A stretch of 64,000 nucleotides of DNA. It comes from Paecilomyces variotii (lineage: Eukaryota). The first letter of the stretch is position 1, and the number at the start of each line of letters is the position of its first letter. Below the pieces are notes generated by a model. The model made no database searches, was not told the DNA's origin, and saw only the letters and a list, made by a program, of their open reading frames with translations. Shown here one piece after another: positions 50,761 through 64,000 of the stretch. The stretch is taken from the NCBI GenBank assembly GCA_004022145.1, contig RCNU01000009.1; one strand, 5' to 3'. The position numbers were made by a program, and so were the translations under genes.

Positions 50761-53296
50761 ATGAATCCCCCATCGAAGCAACCGCAGGGACAAACATCGC
50801 TATTTCAAGTCTATCTTCGCCTGCGTCCGCCAGTTTCTCAGCAGCATGGTGCCTCAGGAGAGCGTTACTTGAATGTTGAGCCTCCTGAGATTCATCCTGC
50901 AGCTAGTGGAAGCGAGAACGCATCTGCTGAAGCAGCCGCTCCTACGCATATCACGTTGCAACCTCCAAGCGATTCGAGAAAGCGTGCGGTGGAAAAGTTC
51001 GCCTTTACGAAAGTCTTCGAGGAAAATGCATCGCAACTGGACCTTTTCAAAGGCGCCGGAATGGTGTCTCTTATTAAGGGAGTGCTGCGTGAGGGTAGAG
51101 ACGGCCTAGTGGCTACTCTGGGATGCTCAGGAAGTGGGAAGGTCAGACTATGAAATCATGACTCTCTCAAACAAAGCTCACATAAGTTATATAACAGAGT
51201 CATACTATCCTTGGATCGAAGACTCAGAGAGGCATGACCCAGATGATGCTCGATGTCCTTTTTCGATCTCTAGGTCCCACCATCCGCAATGCAGATGCTC
51301 AAGTAGACCCTGTCCTCCTTTCGTCGCTAGCTGCGACCGACGCCTCTGAAGCACAACTCTTTTCCGCAGCGGCCTTCCTTGAAAGCATATACGGAGACCC
51401 AAACGGTGAACGTGGAAGAAATTCGAGAGCCCAAACACCCATGTCCAGAGCTCAGACGCCTATGACGGTATGGAGCCCCTCACATTCTCATTGGAACCCA
51501 AGCGCTGCGTCCGTAGACTCGCAGTTGCGCAATGTTCCCGGAAAATAGGCTAATTCACAATTTGGATCTTTAAAGGATACGATATCTCTATGCAGCATTT
51601 CTCGTCGTCATATGCCACAGCGGCCCAGCGCACTCCCGCAACTGCCTGATGTCAGCGACCTGGGCATCGATATGGATCCGAAATCAGAACATGTCGTGAT
51701 TGTGTCAATGTACGAAGTCTACAATGACCGCATATTTGACCTGTTATCTCCCATGCCCGGTGGACCAATCACGCGGCTGGGTGCAAACCAGAAAGACAAG
51801 AGACGTCCTCTGCTTTTCAAGCCTACCGGAGCGTCTCCCGACCGTAAGGTAGTGGCCGGATTGCGAAAGATTGTTTGTAGCACCTACGAAGAGGCCCTCA
51901 TGGTCCTTGAAACAGGCCTCACCGAGCGAAGAGTGGCCGGAACTGGGAGTAACAGCGTGAGCTCTCGAAGTCATGGCTTCTTTTGCTTGGAGGTCAAGAG
52001 AAAAATACGAGGAAAGAGATACGGTGAAGAAACATGGGCAGGGAATACATTGACCGTCGTGGACTTAGCTGGTGAGAATCTCAAGACCGAAGCGCCTGGC
52101 ACTACAGCTAATGATGATCATAGGGTCTGAAAGAGCGAGAGCAGCAAAGACTGCCGGAGCTACTTTGGCAGAGGGTGGCAAGATCAACGAAAGTCTGATG
52201 TACCTTGGACAATGTCTGCAGATGCAGAGTGATATCCAGGAGGGTAACAAGGTAAGTCTACAAGCCATATTGCAGGATCAGCGGCATGAACTAATTATGA
52301 CTAGACTGCTCTTGTACCTTTCAGACAATGCAAGCTTACAGAACTCCTGTTTTCTAACTCGTTTCCATCGAATAATGCCACATCAACTCAGCGGTATCCC
52401 CAGAAGGGTGTCATGATCGTGACAGCTGATCCCATGGGAGACTTCAATGCCATGTCACAAATTCTCCGGTACTCGGCCTTAGCTAGGGAAGTTGCTGTGC
52501 CCCGCGTTCCCTCTGTCGCAAGCACTATCCTCTCTGGTTCAACAGGCGGTAAAGGGTCCAGTGGAAGGACAAGTCCGCAGTCCATTTCTATCGAGGAATT
52601 GGAAAATGCCGCTCAGGAGATAGTACGCATAACGAATGAATGCGAGACTCTGGCAGTGAAGCTCGCAGAGGAAGAAATCGCACGACAAGAAGTTGAAATG
52701 AAGCTGAGGGCCGCTGAAGAGAGATGCCTCGTGATCGAGCAGGATGTGCGTGAAGAATGCTGGGTAGAGATGGACGAACGCATGGAAGAGGAAAGAAGAC
52801 GGTGGCAGCTCGCATGGGATGAACAGGTTGGTCGTCATGACCAGCATATCGATAAGAAGATCGAATTGATCTCGAGAGAAGTTAAGAGTAAGCACTATCT
52901 TCCCCCACGAGAGTCAATCTCCGTTTCTTACAAGTCTTTCCCCTAGTCTACGAAGATCCAGAACCATCGAAGGATGAGAAGATCGATGAACTGGAGCGCG
53001 AGAACGACAGTCTCCGCGCAAAAATCGCCGCTTTGGAACGAGAGCTGATGAACCGCTCTCCAACTCAATCTCCGAAGAAGTCGAAATCCAAGAAAAACAC
53101 CATACCTAGCACAGAAAGTGCATCCAGCCACAGCTTGCGAAGCAGCGATGCTGACATTGAGAATGCTCTCCGTGGGCTGGACCATTTGAAATTGTCCGAA
53201 AATAGCGCCCCTGTATCGGCAAAAAAGCCACCGGCCAGGAAGCAAAGAAAGATGACCACTCGGAAGTGGGATTTTGCGCCTGAAGACGAGATATGA
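50761..53296 (+). CDS. Kinesin-6-like (Klp9/MKLP-type) motor protein
   Basis: VYLRLRP, GCSGSGK|S, YNDRIFDLL, NSVSSRSH, VDLAG|SER, KINESL; large loop insert in the motor domain and C-terminal coiled coil. Subfamily is inferred. Confidence 0.88.
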
Positions 53297-53830
53297 TGTA
53301 TCCACCCTGTACCTTTACACACATTTCCATGTTTTCGTGTTTCTCGCGTTTGATGTTTGGTGCTCCTTGATTACCTCCTCTTTCACTATTCCCCTGGACA
53401 TGCTTGGATGGATAAGGCGTTTATTATTTCAGTGACAACATAATTTGGTAGGAGATCACTATTGTAATAGCATGACGTTATTGTGCTCCTGTTTGAAATG
53501 AAACCCTAGTACAAGCAAAAAGAGAAATTAAATACATGCTGTAGTGGTATTTGTATCAGGTATGGTATAATACGAGTATAAAGAAAGCCACCCGCTACAG
53601 CGTAGTGCTGCTACTACTTATCGATGTCCTCTGACACACTTTCCTCAAACCCTCTGAGAATCGGATCTCAGTAGCGTTTCCTTTTTTGATTCTTTTCGTT
53701 TCCCTTGCACTGCACTCCCACTTCAACGCAACATGATCTGTTTATAAAATGATTTCAGATCACCTTCTATGTGAAGGACGTATACGTATCAGCGGGTGGA
53801 TGAAGGGGTTGATGCTACTGCGCTCCATGT

Positions 53831-56371
53831 CTAACCGTCACTTCCGCTGCTTCGGAACATCGCACACAGCTGACAGTAGTGGTGGGTGAGGTCGAGAACA
53901 GGCTGTGGGAGATTGGTTGCCTGGACGATACTGCGAACTTTGACGGCGCCTTCTTCCTCGATAAGTTTGCGGATCAAATACAGGAGCTCGGGAGAGAACT
54001 GAATGTCTGTCAGTACTAGCTTCCTATAAATCTAGGACATCTCCAGTCTTTGGTCTCATGATCCACTAAAGACCATGGCATGTAATTTAATACAGCGTGG
54101 ATGCTTACCTCTGAGTACCAGCGATATTGCCAAGCAATCAACCTGATAAGCGCACCCAACATGCCTCTCGTGTCGTTCTTCTGCTCGTATAGCTTCAGGA
54201 GACCGTGCATCGCCTTGGGTGAGAATCGAATGGATAGACAGTGGCGATACGCTTCAACCGCCTCATCAAAGTGGTGCAGACGTTCGGCGAGCTCACCCAG
54301 GATCTCCCACTCTGTGGCTGTTTTCTTGTAATCAATGGCCTGCTGGCGTGATTGCGCCATCTCTGTTCGCCAAATAGTGTAAATGCGCAGGTCCTCGTAG
54401 AGGACCATGAAGAGATTGTCGAGCCAGCGTTCGCAGAGACGCTTGTTCTTGAACTGTGTATACGATGAATGCGATGGGTCATGCTAGTATCTTCACATTA
54501 GTATCGAAATGGTTAAGACTCCAGGAACATCTAATCCTGCACTCACGTCTTCATTTCCGGACTTTACAACCTCCGAAGCCATGGTCTGCTCTGGTCTCTC
54601 GATAGAGGTTTGCTCAGTTTGGTTAACCTCGCCGTTTCCGTTTGTCTTCTCATCTGCCAGCTCGTCTTTGGATTCTGATCCATCACCGTTCTCGGCACCG
54701 TTGCCATTCACGGGCCGGTCTTCACTCTCAGAGTTGCGCAAACCGATAGTGCTAGCATTCCGAGAGTGGCCAGGCTTCGGCACATGCTGACGTTCAACAC
54801 GATATTCTTCTTCCATGACAAACACGTCGCTCCGGATCTTCAACAGTTGGTCCCAACCGATTGCGGCCGCAATCTTGGTCAACAGATTGTAGGCCTTAAG
54901 GAAGGTTCCCTGATAAGTGGCGGCATGAAGTTTCCTCAACGAGGGGTGAACGAAATCGTGTGGCTCTCCCTGCTTCGGCTGACCCTCATCAATCTCATCC
55001 AGAACGCTTTCAGCGAGTATAGGCAACATGACTCGAGACGGCGGAGGCATCCGTGGAGCATCCTTGTCCTGATAAGTGAACATGGGGCACGAGTTCAATG
55101 TCAAAAGAGCCAAGTCCCACTGTTCGAGGCTCACATAAACCTCGGCCAACCGCGCCCAGGTGCTGAACTCGCTGGGAGCAGCGGTGACGCTGCGCTTTGC
55201 ACATTCTAACGCCATCTCTCCCTCTCCTTTGCTCAGACAGAAAGCAGCCTGACAGTCGAGCAAAGCATAGTCCATGGGTACATCCTGGAGCGCGTCATGC
55301 ATCAGTCGGACCGCCTGCACTTCCTCGTCCGACGAGATCAACACCCGTGCCAGCAGGGATGAGACCTCGACGTCACGCGTGCGAAGCTTCTCAAACAAGT
55401 TGATTCCTGACGTGTAACGGCCAGTGGTATGGATATATTTAAGGAGGCCCGACGTGAGGTGGTTGCTCACGGTGTTAGGCACCTGCGTTTCAGGATCGGA
55501 GCTCAATTGTCTCCCTGGACTATCGTCAGTCTCGAGCTACCAGAGTCAAAGGCAGAACTACAAACCCATAAAAAATAGTCTTTCAGCAGCGTCCAGAAAC
55601 TTGTGTTCCATTTCCGTGTTGGTGACAGGATTGAACCGGCGGACGCCAACGATCTTCTTGATAGTATCACCGCTTCCATCATCGGCATACAGGTATGCTC
55701 GCAGAACTCCGCACAGGAATGTCTCGAGCCAGAGAGCATCCGTGGCCACACGTTTGTCTCCTCGCTCATCGATGCAGTAACTCTCCAGACTACCGGGGAT
55801 TTTGACCTCCACCCGCATGTCGAGGTGTGAGAATGCATTGTAGCAACTGTATGACTGTCAACTAATTGACCCTTTTCTTTCCTTTGGACGGCAGTCTGAC
55901 CAGTAAATTCCTGAAACAACCTTGTGTGTCTTATCCAATGGCGAGAAGGTCAAGGTGTTGACGTAGGCAGCTAGACTTGCGGACGATGAGGCATCAACGC
56001 CAGTAACATGGTGATAGACTCCTGTCTGATAATGCACCATACGGTCAGTTATCAATTATCCTGCGCATCCCATATACAACGGAGGCCCACCTGACGAGTT
56101 GAATTGGTCTTCGGTTGCTTCACCAAGTACACAAGATCGGGCGGGCCCAATTCCCTCAGGTTCTGAAGCGACTCCGTGCGAGCATCGACGGCGGCGAAAA
56201 TATCGTCATCCTCGATTATCCTAGTGAATGCAATCCCATTAGCGTACATGCGCCACGTGGGAATGTAGATGCGACAACTAGTTCGCTCGATAGGGCCTTG
56301 GGATCGATGGGGGAGTAGGGGAACTCTGCCTGAGGAAGAAACACGTACTCAGGGACAGCGGGCGCGACCAT
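53831..56371 (-). CDS. ChAPs family exomer subunit (Bud7/Bch1-like)
   Basis: MVAPAVPE start, LRELGPPDL, CYNAFS, WLETF, ALLTLNSCPMF, IGWDQLLKIRS, KRLCERWLDNLF; multi-exon; TAG stop at 53831-53833. Confidence 0.92.
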
Positions 56372-56987
56372 GGCGCTGGCAGGAGCGCAGATGGACTGCG
56401 CAGTTAGTTGGAGATCAGATGGGAGGGATGGTGGAGGTTGAACGAGACAGACTCCGATAGATAGATTGGAAGTGCTGCAGCGCCGGGGAGATTATTGTTT
56501 AGCTGGCAGTTATACTAGATCAGTAGTTAGTGAGCTTGAAGCTGGTGGAGCGGCGGAGTACTGCAGTAGAGTAAACTACCGAAATGACAGTACGGGAACA
56601 GTTGATATACCAGTTTAACAGCAGAAAAAGCAATATCTATGTCAGGTAATTTCAGTATTACCAATACCTGACGCACACGGGACGGCGTGGCCCTTGGTCC
56701 AAGCGCTGCTGGCTCCATCTCCCGATCAGGACGCGCCGGACATTAAGAAGTTATTAATTTAATGTTAATGAAGCTGGCAAAGGAGCTGGCTAATTCCCCC
56801 GCAATATCCAGCCTGTCGATCTTGATGCCCTGGTGGCGCCCTCTGGTACTACGGCCGGACCTCAGGGCTCTTAATACCCCCCTAGATTGATTGACATATC
56901 CCTTGTCGCGTTTTCTTTTGATGCTCACAGCTGGTCCGTTCGAGCAAGCACTTCCGAAGCTCTGCGCGTCCGTCGCGATACTGCACG

Positions 56988-59900
56988 ATGTCGTCCTGGG
57001 TAGCTCTGAACATCGAGCCCGATGAAGACAGTGAGGAGGAGATCGATGACACGAAGGAGATCCAGATTGAGGAGGCGCTGAAGCTGTACCAAAATGCGCT
57101 GAAACTGCATTCTCAAGGCCCCCAGTTCTACCCGCAAGCTGCGGAGGCGTACAAGGCCCTCTTCAAATCTGAGATCTTCAACTATCCTGAGTCGATATCG
57201 GACTATAAACGCACTACGCTTGAACACGATGGATTGCCCGATCAGGTGGATATACTGGATGAGGTGGTCGCGGAGACCGGCGCATACGATATCAACGAGA
57301 CGTCGAGCACGCTGCTTCAAACCATCTATTTGTCCTACAAGAACTACGGGCAGTTCCTTCTGGACTCGCTCAAAGATTCACTGCAGAAAACCCGAGAAGA
57401 CATCAGGGAGGCTAGCCCAAGCTCCGTGGGCGATATTGCGACCAAGTCCAAGACGGCCTTGGAGATGTTCGCGGAGGCGTTGGAGAGAGACGACACGGAC
57501 CTGGACCTATGGAGGAAAACAGCCAGGATTGGAGGCGCGTTGCAGAGCTATCGAATGACGAGGTTCGGACTCGAAAGTGTCTTGGAAGACGAGGACGAAG
57601 AGCTGAAGGCGCGAACAGCACAGCTGGGATTGGAGGAGGCTTTCGCCATGGAGGACCTCCGCGGGACACTTTTAAAACTTGATGACAGACCATCGCTATC
57701 GCAGATTCCATCGAAGACCCCGAAAAAGGCCCTTCTTAGACTGTTAAGGAGCCAGACCGACCTTTATCCCTATCTTCCTGCTCTCTCACACCAGATCTCG
57801 AGCACCGATCCAAAACACAAACCACTCGCTCCGCCTCCTGTTCGACAAGCAATATCGCCTGTTGATAAGACATGGGCAGCTGTAGGAAAGGCTATTCTAC
57901 AGATAATCGTGGACGAGGAGCAGGGGAACACCCACCTTGGACCGGGGGCCGCAATCGAGATCCAACTACCAGTTGGAGAGGAACCTTCAGTAGCAGCCTC
58001 GATCGAGGATCCTGTCGAAACTACGGCACCTGAGATTCAGACCAAGGTTGAAACAGAGCCTAAAGACGTAGACATGTTGGCAAACAATGAGACGCAGCAA
58101 CCAGAATCCCAAGTTGCGACGAAAGCCCAGGATGCTAACGAAGTGGAGACTACTGAGGATCATTCGTCCATTGATCAACGAGCAGAAACGCAACTTAGAG
58201 AATCTTTGGAGGGTCAATCAGGACAGCCAAACGAAGACGCCGGTCCGCAAGAGGAGCCGGCTGATGAAACAGAGTTGAAATCAGCATCTGCACCGTCGCG
58301 AAAAAGGTCTTCTGGGTCCTTTGGTAATGACGACGCTGGTGAAAGTGGACGGGCAAAGAGCAGAAGAACTCGTGCCCGTGAATCTAACGTCGAAGCTGCG
58401 CAGCAAGCCGATGAAGTTACCTTCGACCAGGAAAAGTATTATGAAGATCGACTAGAAGTCTTTTCACATGCTGACCAGTGGATGTTCGGTACTGTTGGCT
58501 CCCTCCTCTCCAAGGTAGGCGTAGAGGATTTGGGTTCGATTGATGAACTCAAGAGCAAAGTCTGTCTCTTAGACGATCGCAAGGAATCCACAAACCTAGC
58601 CGCGACTCAATCGAACACACTTGAGACTATGCTTTATCGAGATCTCCGCAAGTCGTTGATGAATTGGGACGATGAGAGGTCAAAAGCGGTCCTTCAAGGG
58701 GACAGCTCCACCGGACTTCAAGACCTTCGCGGAATGAACAGGTCAGGCTTAGCAATATTCCTTGAGCACTCAAGAAAGCCGATAAAGAAACCTGGACCCG
58801 ATAAGGTCCTCTCCGGTGGTGACGGACTCTCCGCCTTTGTACAGTGCGTAAATGGGGAGTGGTTGCATTTGCATGAAGTCGCCTTGAGTTGGCTGCAAAA
58901 GCTTCTTATGCCGGGCAACGGCAGATTCTCAACAGATACCAGTGTTCCCAACGGATCTGGATGGCCTAATATGCAATCAACTTACACTTCTTCCCTATGG
59001 CCCGACGCCCTCAAAGAGACTGTGGTCCAGATATCGATCCGGGAGGATGAGTTCATTTACGGCAGAATGGTCGAGAGCATCTCGGAGCTGGAGCAGGAGA
59101 TTCTTCGCCAATCCTCCAAAGGTCCTTTTGAATACACTCTGAAACACTACTCAGAGATGGAGATGATCCAAACTCTGTATGAGCTACATCTGGACGTATA
59201 TGCTCTCATCAACAACCCCAACAGCGAGGTTGATGGTGGGACGCGAATAATTCAAAAAGATCGTTTAGCTAGGTGGGGTCTATTGGCGCGCACTGCTGTC
59301 AATCATTTCATGGATCATGGAGATGACAGAGCATCTCGGACAACTATTGGTCTTCGTCATCTGTGGTCATCTACGTTTCACTCTAACATGGCTGAGGATG
59401 CAGGGCGAGAGCACATCCTCCTATGCCTTCAGGACTTGAGGAACATCCTGTCAGCTCTGGGGGATCCTGAGATCACCCTGCTTAACAATGCAGTAATGCC
59501 CGAAATATCAGCGGCGGCTCTGGATCAAGAGATTTCAAGACTCAATTCAATGGACTTTTTCATGATGATCTTCGGTTCCGATTCGAAGGATCCTGTTGAT
59601 CTCATTGAGAGCATTGAGCCCATTCTTGAGCCCTCTTCCGTGCAATTTATCGACGGTGAGGACGAAGCTCCAGAGATTCCCGGCTCTCATTTACAAGAGA
59701 TGGCCTCCTTCCTCGACCGCGGGGATGCCACGCTCAGACTCTTTCTGTGGCGCAGACTTCAGGATGCATATCGCGCAATAAATTATCCCCCGAAGGTCGT
59801 CTCTTGCAACCTTCGCAGCATCGAAACGATAATGAGGGAGCTTCGAAGTCCGTCGCGTACGGAGATTCCCGAAGAGCAGCGTCAAATCAACCTGCTTAGA

Positions 59901-62900
59901 TGGCTGAAATCAGTCGACGATGTGCTAGCGAAGACACTGGCGCAGGTCTTGGCTGAACCGGAGAAATCGTTTGAGTGCATTGATGCCGATCATTTGCAGT
60001 CATCAATGTCTGCAATTGCCCAGCTCTCGAAACTGCTCCATAGTTTTGCCCTCTACGAAGACTCTGTTCGCGTCGGTCAACTGGCCGGCCCAGAGCTCCG
60101 TGGTCAGCTGTCGAAGTCACTCGAGAGCTTTAAAGATAAACTACGTGACATGCAAGTAAGAGCATGGCTCCTACAATATGCTCTTCTCAAAGAAGCCATC
60201 ATTCAAAACAAGGAACAATTTGACACACCTGCTGACGACCGTGTACATTACTTGCGGTCTGTCCACAATGCTTTAGGGGTTCGTTCAGCTTGCAAATATT
60301 CGAGCAAGCAGCTTTTGAGAGTTATGAAGTCAGAACTACTGACGCTACAAACCGAAGATAATTACGACTCCGACATATCGCAAGTGTTATTTGATCTACA
60401 TGGCGTGAAGTTGTCGGCTTACGATGGAACGGTGGACCACGGATGTCATCCAGAGAAGCTGGATCGGGCGACAGCAGTCATGATGATCGACTTTGTTATG
60501 GCGCAGGCGAACAGGATGAGTATTAAGGATCTCTCGAAATCGGAACTGAAGTCTACTATCGACAAGATGCAGCAGTCTATCGGCATGACCAGAGCCTCGC
60601 CGCCTCTGTCTTTCAATAGGAGGGTTGTGTCGGCTTATCTCAAGTCTCCAATCAATCCTTCACATCTCTTCCGTGCCGTTCAAGGCATAGGCGAACTTTC
60701 CATGATACCTGTTCCGACAGAGAGTGCCAAGATCGCTCAGAAAGGATGGTATTTCCTCCTTGGTCATGCAGCTTTGACGAAATTCCGCTCTCAGAAGCGC
60801 CTGAATCCGGTCCCAACCAATGATCTGGATGACGCGATCACTTATTTCAGACAGGACCTGGAGCACGGGTCAGGGAGATGGGAGTCGTGGTATCGACTGG
60901 CACAAACCTACGACACGAAACTGGAGGAAGATATCACATGGTCTGCAGATAAGATCAACAACAACCGAGCGGAACTTGTCGCTTTACAGCGGAACGCAAT
61001 TCATTGTTACTCCATGGCAGTCGCCACAGCGATCCAAAGTGCGGAATCAACCCCTGAAAATCGTGCAATCCTCTCAGATCTGTATACTGATTTCGGAATT
61101 CGCATGTACTCGTCCTCAAGAGAACCGTTGTCGATGGGTGCCTTTAGCCTTGCTGACTACACTCGCCATTTCAGCAAGGAAGAGACCCAGCAGATGTACA
61201 AGGGGCAGCCTTTCAAAGAGATGCGACTATATTCCGTATGGAACTTTGCCAGCTATCTTTTAAGGCGAGCGATGATCGATAAGCCTAAGCAATGGATGTG
61301 AGTTGTCCCAGGTCTACTCCTGTTTATTGGAGCTAACGATGCTTCAGGAATTACTACATCCTCAGCAAATGTCTCTGGAAAATGTTCAGCTGCGACGATA
61401 CCGTGAGAGGACCGTCAAAGCGCGTAGAAATTGACGATCTAATTGATTGTCTGCTTGACGCTATTGAAGCTCTCCCTCAGAGAAAGGATAGTCGCTCGGA
61501 ACCTATCTTTGAACCTCACTATAAACTGGTGTCTATCGTGCATAAGCTCGTTCGTAGAGGTGTTCTGAAGGTAAACTATCATTCTGTCTTCTTCTGTCTG
61601 TTGCTTACTGACGGTTTGTAGCCTACTGAAGGTAGCAGCACTCTAACGACAACTCCCTGGGCCCGTAAAGTATCGCCACCAGCAGAAGATCTTGAGGTTT
61701 GGCAGCCATATATCCTAGAGGTCCTGAAGAATCTGAGGAATGCCGATAAATCGAACTGGCATCACCGTATCGTGGCAAGGGTACGTTTGCATCCATCTCA
61801 ATCGCATTGTCGTCAACTGACCGTTCTAGACTGCGCATATTCTCTACGATGACCGCAAGGATGAATCTGCTGCCGCAAGTGCGAAGCATGAACTGACGCA
61901 GCAAATATTCACGAAGACTATGACTTTGCAAGTCTGGAAGCCAGAATATGAGCGACCAGGGAGACATTTCGTTTACACTACTCGTTATGTCTATTTCTTT
62001 GTCAGTCTTCTTGATCAGCTTAACGACAGGGCAAATCTTGAGCAATTGCTTCGCCGGGTCAGGAAGAAGCAAGGCGACTTCATCAACCATACCAAGCTCT
62101 GGGAAGACATATGTCTCGTCTACGCGAAGGTGAGCAATGCGAGCATCATGTTGATTTCCAGGTTCAGATCCTAATTAGTTTTCTTAGCTTATTCGACGAG
62201 CGGCCGGCATATCGGAGGGACATGAAGAGGGCATTTTCAAGCCCCTCAGCTGGGATGAGTTTGTTACGAACACTGCACGCTTGGATGCCTTGCCCCAACT
62301 TCCTACCACATGCATGACGCTCCTGGAGTTGATTCGTGATGCGGTGGAGTTGAAGAAGCTGAACAACAACCTCATGAAGGTGACGGTATTGGAGGATCTT
62401 GTGGCCGACCTATATGCTCGACTTTACGAGGTGAACATCCATCATTTCGTTGAGCAAGCGAAGGAGGAGAGTAAAGAAAAGATGAAGGTCGACCATGTTC
62501 TCATGACCAATGACGGTGCTGCTGACACTCCGACTCCTCCCACGTCTGCTCCGCCCTCCGAAGCACCGGTTCCCAGGGGTCGAACCAAGGGTATCGCTCG
62601 AAGAGACATCCAGAAGAGAGCGGAAGCGATTGTCAACCGCATGGTTCCTCGTGCTGCACTACCAAAGCCTGCTGTCCCAACAGAAGGTGAAGGCCCTCGC
62701 CAGTCGGTGCCCACAATTCAAACCACTGCACCGATTCCTATCCGCAACAGCGCCCGCGAAGATGAGCAGCGAGGGCCCAGGGGCAGTCTCCCAGGCAGTG
62801 TACATGACAGCGCCGATGACGAAAGCGAGCTAAGCGAAATCGACGAGGAGAGGCTGTCCAAACTCAATGCTGAACATAAGGATCTCTTGTTCCCCAACCT

Positions 62901-63285
62901 GAACGGACGGTCTCCTGATCCCACGTCCGAATTGTCAGCTGTGGACGGCGATGAAGGGGACGATGGCGAAGGCGAGGGCGAAGGCGACGGTGAAGAAGAA
63001 GATGAAGATGAAGAAGGGGACGAGGAAATAGAGGACGCCGAAGGAGACGGTGAGCAGGCGGAAGAGGGTGCGGAAGGTGAAGGGGTCACAGAACTTGAAG
63101 AAGAAGAAGGTCAAGGAGAAGGCGACGGGGACGAGGTAGAGCCTGAAGCCGAGGACGAAGATGCCGACGAAACGGAACTTGATCCTAATGTCGATGATGA
63201 GGAGACGGAACAACAGGATTCGACGCAGGAGCAAGGAAAGCCTGATGAACCCGAGCCCATGGACACGCAAGCATCGGACGCTTGA
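56988..63285 (+). CDS. hir3: Histone transcription regulator 3 (HIR complex, Cabin1 homologue)
   Basis: ALNIE...DDTKEIQIEEALKLYQNALKLH, IFEPHYKLVSIVHKLV, WKPEYERPGRHF; acidic C-terminal tail; four introns in the 3' half. Confidence 0.93.
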
Positions 63286-64000
63286 TATACGCTTTCTTTT
63301 TCTTTCGTTATTGTATTTTAGCGCTTCTTCGTTTTATCCTTTGATATTGCATTATAGGAGAGGGACCCCGGCGTATGTACCATACGGCGGCGCGTTGGAA
63401 ATTCTGATCCAGGAACCGGGAAACGGAGGAAGGAAGGTTGCTATAAATCATTCTTTACGGGCAAAAATATAGATTTTTCAATCACCTAGTAATAATCAAC
63501 CCTGGAATGCCAGGGCTCTTTTCTTTACGGGCTACCCTACGGAGTAAAGTATTAGTTATCTAGGTATTGACTGACGGAACTGCCTAAATGAGTTAAACGG
63601 AGGTACTCCGAGTGTGCAAGCCACGCCAGGGCACAGCATCCATTCATTCGAGGTCGTATTCGCTCTGGTGTGACACGAATTATTATGCCATTGGAACGGA
63701 ACTAAATACTTCATCTCTAGCACCGTTCCGCTAAATGCGAAGTAGCAACAGTAAATTCTCTTTCCTTAACTTTCATAAACATATCCATTTTGCTCTCTAA
63801 CTACCTAATGTAACTAATAATTATCTAGAGCAAAAGCAAATACTACAATCTATTCTTCCTCTGACCTCCCTTTCAAGACAAGAATCAATTTGAACAGCAA
63901 TGGCAGACTCTTCTCCCTTTTTTTTTAAATTCCAAGGTTTAGATCCTAACTATCCCCCCCAACTCTCCTGATACTTATACGCACGTACCATAAACACCAC

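Noticed and set aside
62940..63230. GAR/GAY-rich repeat region
   Set aside because: It is the low-complexity acidic tail of Hir3, not an independent repeat.
29372..64000. Numerous short or antisense ORFs in the ORF track
   Set aside because: They overlap well-supported spliced genes (shadow ORFs), often start at non-ATG codons and lack recognisable motifs.

Overview
Eukaryotic, intron-containing DNA from a filamentous ascomycete. A Eurotiales-type fungus is inferred from gene content and intron style; the species cannot be determined from the sequence alone. Two gene-dense GC-balanced regions (1-3984 and 29220-64000) carry a conserved fungal protein, bcs1, NAPE-PLD/fmp30-like, an orphan ORF, cct3, PRKRIP1/DUF1168, a UBE2O-like E2, a PARP-type Zn-finger protein, a ZNFX1/Hrr1-like helicase, kinesin-6, a ChAPs/Bud7-like protein and hir3. 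They are separated by a 25.2 kb AT-rich, ORF-free block that resolves into one RIP-mutated Ty1/Copia element (128-bp LTRs, TSD ATGTT) holding four nested elements: a Gypsy/chromovirus (B), a GC-rich non-coding miniature LTR element (TRIM-like, with PPT and an apparent self-priming PBS) fused to B inside one shared TSD (TAGAG), and a second Gypsy family (C, TSD AAGCT) carrying a copy of its own family (TSD GTCTC). The most novel-looking signals are the self-priming TRIM-like element and its fusion to an autonomous chromovirus. All alignments and translations were done by eye.
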